A DNA stretch of 11,601 bases from a bacterium. GTDB lineage: Bacteria; SM23-31. The notes beneath the pieces were generated by a model. The model did not search any database and was not told where the DNA came from. It saw only the letters and a list, made by a program, of their open reading frames with translations. Both the position numbers and the translations under genes were made by a program. The stretch covers positions 1 to 11,601 of the forward strand of contig JANQEH010000296.1 in the NCBI GenBank assembly GCA_028278455.1, read 5' to 3'. Shown here in pieces: positions 7,643 to 11,601 of the stretch (its first letter is position 1; each line of letters begins with the position of its first letter).

Positions 7643-7860
7643 AACTATTTAAAGGATCGGGGAATTACAACCGCGATCAATACCATAAATTAATCTCAGA
7701 TTCAGATGAATAATAATTTACGCATAATAGAATTAATAGAAAAGATATTTCAAGGGAACTCTGAAAATTATTATAGCGACTGTAATAATTGTATCACAGA
7801 CGGAATTTTTCCTTTTGATACTATGTTAGAATATTAGCCGGAAATGCGGTGATCCGGACG

Positions 7861-7889
7861 TTGACAGGTCTAAAAATATATTGTAAAAG
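7861..7889 (+). promoter_or_regulatory. Candidate sigma70 promoter (TTGACA-17-TAAAAG) for the AP / radical SAM / AP operon
   Basis: There is a perfect -35 TTGACA at 7861..7866 and a -10-like TAAAAG 17 nt later. It lies about 60 nt upstream of the ATG at 7949/7952, which has an AGGAA SD. Confidence 0.35.
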
Positions 7890-7948
7890 TTATATAATAT
7901 TCATAACTTAAATCTTATTTTGCATAAAATCAAAGCTGAACAGGAATA

Positions 7949-9298
7949 ATGATGGGACTATTCGATAAATTCTCTAAGAAAAAAGATAAAAAGGTGTTCG
8001 TTCTGAGTCTGGATGGGATGCCCTTTTCGTTTGCAAAAAGAAATACCGACTCAAACAACTGGCCTGCATTCAAAAAACTGATCGGTGATGGCGACTTCAA
8101 GGAGATGTATTCTGTGATGCCTCCGATATCTTCTGTTGCATGGTCCTCTTTTCAGACAGGAAAGAATCCCGCAAAACATAATATCTTCGGTTTCGTGGAT
8201 AAGGATCCCAAAACTTTTGAACTAATCCTGCCGAATTCGCGGAGACTGATGACAAAAACACTGATAGAGATACTCAGCGAGCATGGAAAACGTGTAATCT
8301 CCATTAATGTACCTGTAACCTATCCTCCGAAACCTGTAAATGGGATAGTGGTAGGAGGTTTTCTCTCACCGAATCTTCAGAAAGCGGTTTATCCCGAGGA
8401 AAAACTCGGATTTTTTGAGCAAAACGGATATATTGTCGATGCGGACAGCGAAATAGGGCACAGGGATTCAGACGCAATGATGGACGAGCTGTTCAGGGTA
8501 GTTGAGAACAGGTTCGATATTCTATTTAAGCTTCTGGAAAAAGAAGAATGGGATTTCTTTATACATCATGTTATGGAAACTGACAGGATGTACCACTTCT
8601 TCTGGGACTGGGCAGATTATGAGATCCAGTTCGATGAATTCCACAAACTTATCGATCATAATATTGAGAAATTATTGACCAGGCTGCCTGAAGAGACAGA
8701 ATTCATTATGCTGTCTGATCATGGTTTCACGAAGCTTAACCGTGAGATCAACCTGAATTTTGTCCTCTGGGACAGGGGATTCCTCCATTTCAAGAATGAT
8801 CCTCCACAGGGACTGGTAAATATGGCTGAGAGATCAAGGGCATACAGTTTCATTCCGGGAAGGGTGTTTGTAAATCTCGAAGGGAGGGAAATGACGGGAT
8901 CTGTTAAACCGGGAGCAGAATTCGATGCTGTTATCAAAGACCTCAAGCAGCTGTTCGATGAGCTGACTGATCCGGAGACAGGGGAAAAGATAGTCCAGAA
9001 ACAGTTTCTGCGTGATGAAGTGTATTCAGGAGAGTTTCTCGAGCAGGGAGCTGATCTTCTTGTTCTGCCTAATAATGGGTACGACTTTAAAGCTTCATTC
9101 AGAATAGATACATTTTTCGAGGAGACAGATTTTCACGGTATGCATACCTATGATGATGCATTCTTTTACATCCGCGGTCATAAGATAACTGAGGATAAGT
9201 TTTCCATCGTAGATCTGGCGCCTACTATATTAAATCTTTTCGAAATTGATGCCGATGAAAGTATGGATGGAAGGAATATTTTATTATCCGGCCAATAA
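7949..9298 (+). CDS. Alkaline-phosphatase-superfamily enzyme, type I phosphodiesterase/nucleotide pyrophosphatase-like (449 aa)
   Basis: It has an N-terminal LSLDGM metal-site Asp. It has a putative nucleophile segment MPPISSVAWSSFQTGKNP that aligns with the PTxTFPNHYSIVTG region of NPP-type enzymes. It has a LSDHGF metal-binding motif near residue 250. Tandem ATGs at 7949 and 7952 could each be the start. Confidence 0.8.
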   Translation: MMGLFDKFSKKKDKKVFVLSLDGMPFSFAKRNTDSNNWPAFKKLIGDGDFKEMYSVMPPISSVAWSSFQTGKNPAKHNIFGFVDKDPKTFELILPNSRRLMTKTLIEILSEHGKRVISINVPVTYPPKPVNGIVVGGFLSPNLQKAVYPEEKLGFFEQNGYIVDADSEIGHRDSDAMMDELFRVVENRFDILFKLLEKEEWDFFIHHVMETDRMYHFFWDWADYEIQFDEFHKLIDHNIEKLLTRLPEETEFIMLSDHGFTKLNREINLNFVLWDRGFLHFKNDPPQGLVNMAERSRAYSFIPGRVFVNLEGREMTGSVKPGAEFDAVIKDLKQLFDELTDPETGEKIVQKQFLRDEVYSGEFLEQGADLLVLPNNGYDFKASFRIDTFFEETDFHGMHTYDDAFFYIRGHKITEDKFSIVDLAPTILNLFEIDADESMDGRNILLSGQ

Positions 9299-9370
9299 AC
9301 ATCTTTGATCCCTGTTTTCATAATCTGCTGAAGGCTCTGGGGATCCTTAGTTTTATCTGAAAGGCATTAA

Positions 9371-10510
9371 ATGAAGAAACATATATATGATACATTGAAA
9401 ATAGCCCGTTCCAAACCTGCTGGTGCTTTTCTGTATTTCTACCGGGGAAGAAAAAATCGAAAGAAGACCAACGATTTTTTTAATACAGGTATTGCCGATC
9501 CTCCAAGGACAATAACATTATACATGACAGGTGTTTGCAACTATCAATGCCCGGGATGCCATGTGATGTATGAAACCCGTAATAAATATAACAAAACAAA
9601 ATATGATCTTGATCTCGGAGACTGGAAGAAATTCATTGATGAACTTGCTGAATTCAAACCGAAGTTTGAGCTTTCAGGCGGTGAACCTACACTCAGAGAT
9701 GATGTCTGTGATATCGTGCAATACATTTCTGACAAAGGCTGCCTGGTCAGCATGATAACGAATGGCGCATATTTAACGGAAGAATTGTGCAACGGGCTGA
9801 TAGATGCTGGACTTGATTTCATTACGATCTCACTCGATGGTGATGGTGAATATCACAATAAATCCCGCGGGATAAAAGATGCTTTTGAAAAGACTTTCAA
9901 GGGGATAGAGACACTTGACAGGGTGTTGAAGAACAGGAAGGGTAAAAAGCTTGTCGTCGGAATTAACAGTGTCATCGACAAGTTCAATTTCGGAGATCTC
10001 GAGAACGTCAAGTACATCCTGTCTCTAAAAAAGAAATTCTCCATGATCAGGAATATAGATTTCATCCCATATAATTTTTTTACTGAAAATATGCTGAATA
10101 TGGAAGAAATGGAAGATGAGCCGAAGGGATTCCTGCTTGAAGACGAGTATATGAAAGTGTTCGAGGAGAACAGGGAGAAGTATATTCCTGAGCTGCATAA
10201 GCTGATCGAAGAGCACAGCGACTACAGCAGGATTATAACTGTAAATTCGGTAAGGAAACTATTGTTGTGGTTTTCCGAGTTCATGCCGGATCTTTCAAAA
10301 AATTCCTGTCATGCCCCATGGGACCAGGTGTATATTAATCCGGATGGGATGGTATCCCACTGCCTTGGTAAATATATCGGGAAGCTGGGTGAAAAGCCAT
10401 TCATGGAGATATATAACAGCAAAGAATCGGTTGAGTTCAGGCAGAGGCTGATGAAAGAGAATTATTCCTTAGGATGTATAAGATGCTGCATGGTCGGATT
10501 CGAGGAATAG
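9371..10510 (+). CDS. Radical SAM enzyme with a SPASM/twitch-like C-terminal Cys cluster (379 aa)
   Basis: It has the CX3CX2C motif CNYQCPGC, the GGEPTL SAM-binding motif and the SLDGDGEYHN pattern. The C-terminus has C-x17-C (CHAPWDQVYINPDGMVSHC), a 40-residue spacer, then C-x2-CC (GCIRCC), which is typical of an auxiliary Fe-S cluster domain. The SD AAAGG lies before the ATG. Confidence 0.85.
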   Translation: MKKHIYDTLKIARSKPAGAFLYFYRGRKNRKKTNDFFNTGIADPPRTITLYMTGVCNYQCPGCHVMYETRNKYNKTKYDLDLGDWKKFIDELAEFKPKFELSGGEPTLRDDVCDIVQYISDKGCLVSMITNGAYLTEELCNGLIDAGLDFITISLDGDGEYHNKSRGIKDAFEKTFKGIETLDRVLKNRKGKKLVVGINSVIDKFNFGDLENVKYILSLKKKFSMIRNIDFIPYNFFTENMLNMEEMEDEPKGFLLEDEYMKVFEENREKYIPELHKLIEEHSDYSRIITVNSVRKLLLWFSEFMPDLSKNSCHAPWDQVYINPDGMVSHCLGKYIGKLGEKPFMEIYNSKESVEFRQRLMKENYSLGCIRCCMVGFEE

Positions 10511-10554
10511 AGACTTCCGTCATGATTTTAATGTAAAGAGGTAACAGACTGTAA

Positions 10555-11601
10555 ATGAAAAAGCTTATAATATTCGGAATAGACGGCTGTCCTGAAGAAA
10601 TCCTGAGAAGATGGATCAATGAGGATAAACTGCCCAATTTCAAGAAGATCCTGGAGAAAGGTAATATTTCCCGGATGAATGTAACTATCCCTTATATAAC
10701 AGTACCGGGATGGGCTTCGATGCTGACGGGTAAAAATCCGGGAAGAATTAACCGGTATTCATTTTTTAAGAGGAGAAAAGATTCTTATCAGACTGAGCCA
10801 ATTAACCTGGATTGGGATAAGCTCAATCCCATGTGGAATGTTCTCACCGAGTATGGTAGAAGATCGATATTCTTCAATGTCCCCTCAACGATGCCGCCGA
10901 AAAAAGGTTTTAACGGAGTCCTGGTGAGCGGCCCGATCATGAATACCGATCCGGAGAATATAGCGTACCCTGCCGACCTGAACGAAAAGCTGAAAAACGA
11001 GGGATACAAGATCGATTTTGATTTCGGGATCCATGCTGACAAACCACAAAAGGTACTTGAGAAGGTAGAAGAGATAACCAGTATCGTTAGAAGAAAGATG
11101 GATATAGCAAGGGATCTGTTTCTGAATGAGAAATGGGACCTGTTCATGTATGTAGTATTCTTCATCGATCCGATCATGCATTATTTCTGGAAATATACCG
11201 ATGAGGAAGATCCCAATTATGAGTATGTTGAAGGAATCAGCGAAGTTATGCCTGATTTCTTTAAAATGATCGATGATGAAATGGGATTCTACCTGGAGAA
11301 TATGCCGGATGATGCCAATATGCTTATAGTCGGGGATCACGGATTCGGACCGGTTAAATACCGGATCGATCTGAATGCATGGCTCCTCGAGAATGGATTC
11401 ATGAATCTGAAAACCGAGAAAACAAGGTCTGTAAATCTATATTCTGCTCAAAAAACGAAAAAGTATTTTCATATAAGACAGTTCTATGTGAAGTATCTTC
11501 AAAAGTATAGTCTGTTTAAATGGTTTAGGGATAAAATATTCGATGCCGTCCCAAAGATTGAACGGTCATACCAGGATGTGGACTGGAGCAGGACAAAAGC
11601 T
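10555..11601 (+). CDS. Second alkaline-phosphatase-superfamily (phosphodiesterase/NPP-like) paralog, N-terminal about 349 aa; it runs off the window end
   Basis: ATG at 10555 with AAGAGG upstream. It has IFGIDGCP, ITVPGWASMLTGKNPGRIN and IVGDHGFGPV, which are paralogous motif-by-motif to the 7949..9298 protein. No stop occurs before 11601. Confidence 0.8.
   Translation, partial: MKKLIIFGIDGCPEEILRRWINEDKLPNFKKILEKGNISRMNVTIPYITVPGWASMLTGKNPGRINRYSFFKRRKDSYQTEPINLDWDKLNPMWNVLTEYGRRSIFFNVPSTMPPKKGFNGVLVSGPIMNTDPENIAYPADLNEKLKNEGYKIDFDFGIHADKPQKVLEKVEEITSIVRRKMDIARDLFLNEKWDLFMYVVFFIDPIMHYFWKYTDEEDPNYEYVEGISEVMPDFFKMIDDEMGFYLENMPDDANMLIVGDHGFGPVKYRIDLNAWLLENGFMNLKTEKTRSVNLYSAQKTKKYFHIRQFYVKYLQKYSLFKWFRDKIFDAVPKIERSYQDVDWSRTKA

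Noticed and set aside
9299-9370. GATCCC...GGGATC long-range pairing (9307..9342) between the first AP gene and the rSAM gene as a terminator or attenuator
   Set aside because: It is a 6-bp stem enclosing a 24-nt loop with no following U-tract. It is more likely coincidental, and the genes are probably co-transcribed.
9544-11340. Minus-strand ORFs (9544..9822, 9853..10065, 10025..10216, 10437..10643, 10788..11177, 10885..11340) and the plus-strand ORF 9570..9755 within the rSAM and AP genes
   Set aside because: All lie inside strongly supported plus-strand CDSs and have low-complexity translations.
7949-11601. Interpretation of the radical SAM as a bona fide anaerobic sulfatase-maturating enzyme with sulfatase substrates
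   Set aside because: The flanking AP-superfamily proteins lack the C/S-x-P-x-R sulfatase signature and look NPP/phosphodiesterase-like. One paralog has Thr at the nucleophile position. Only the looser rSAM-matures-AP-fold analogy is kept as a hypothesis.
1-11601. CRISPR arrays, tRNA/rRNA genes, transposases, integrases or terminal inverted repeats
   Set aside because: I found no regularly spaced direct repeats, no cloverleaf-like GC-rich 75-nt segments, and no ORFs with DDE/recombinase-like motifs on either strand.

Overview
The window reads as a bacterial accessory or metabolic region. Supporting this are sigma70-like -35/-10 promoters, Shine-Dalgarno sites, a lipoprotein signal peptide, a TPP riboswitch and GC near 40%. 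From the left on the minus strand there is a thiamine salvage/biosynthesis operon, thiC-thiM-thiE, with thiE truncated at the window edge. It is led by a recognisable TPP (THI-box) riboswitch and a short hairpin/U-tract expression platform. An AT-rich divergent promoter region follows, and then several plus-strand genes. These are a tiny single-TM protein, an SPFH/band-7 membrane protein, a small Arc-type ribbon-helix-helix protein, a putative lipoprotein, an MBL-fold hydrolase, and a secreted TlpA-like thioredoxin (WCPPC) that abuts a CxxC DUF1858-like redox protein. A convergent multi-TM membrane protein sits on the minus strand after these. A 527-nt AT-rich gene-free spacer with two hairpin plus T-run structures on the plus strand follows, together with a 43-codon Cys-containing ORF. 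The last block is the most unusual feature of the window. A radical SAM enzyme with a SPASM/twitch-like C-terminal Cys cluster is sandwiched between two paralogous alkaline-phosphatase-superfamily (type I phosphodiesterase/nucleotide pyrophosphatase-like, DHG motif) genes. The second paralog runs off the window end. I do not recognise this arrangement as a described system. I found no rRNA, tRNA, CRISPR or transposase signatures. All calls rest on reading translations and motifs by eye, and no database searches were possible.
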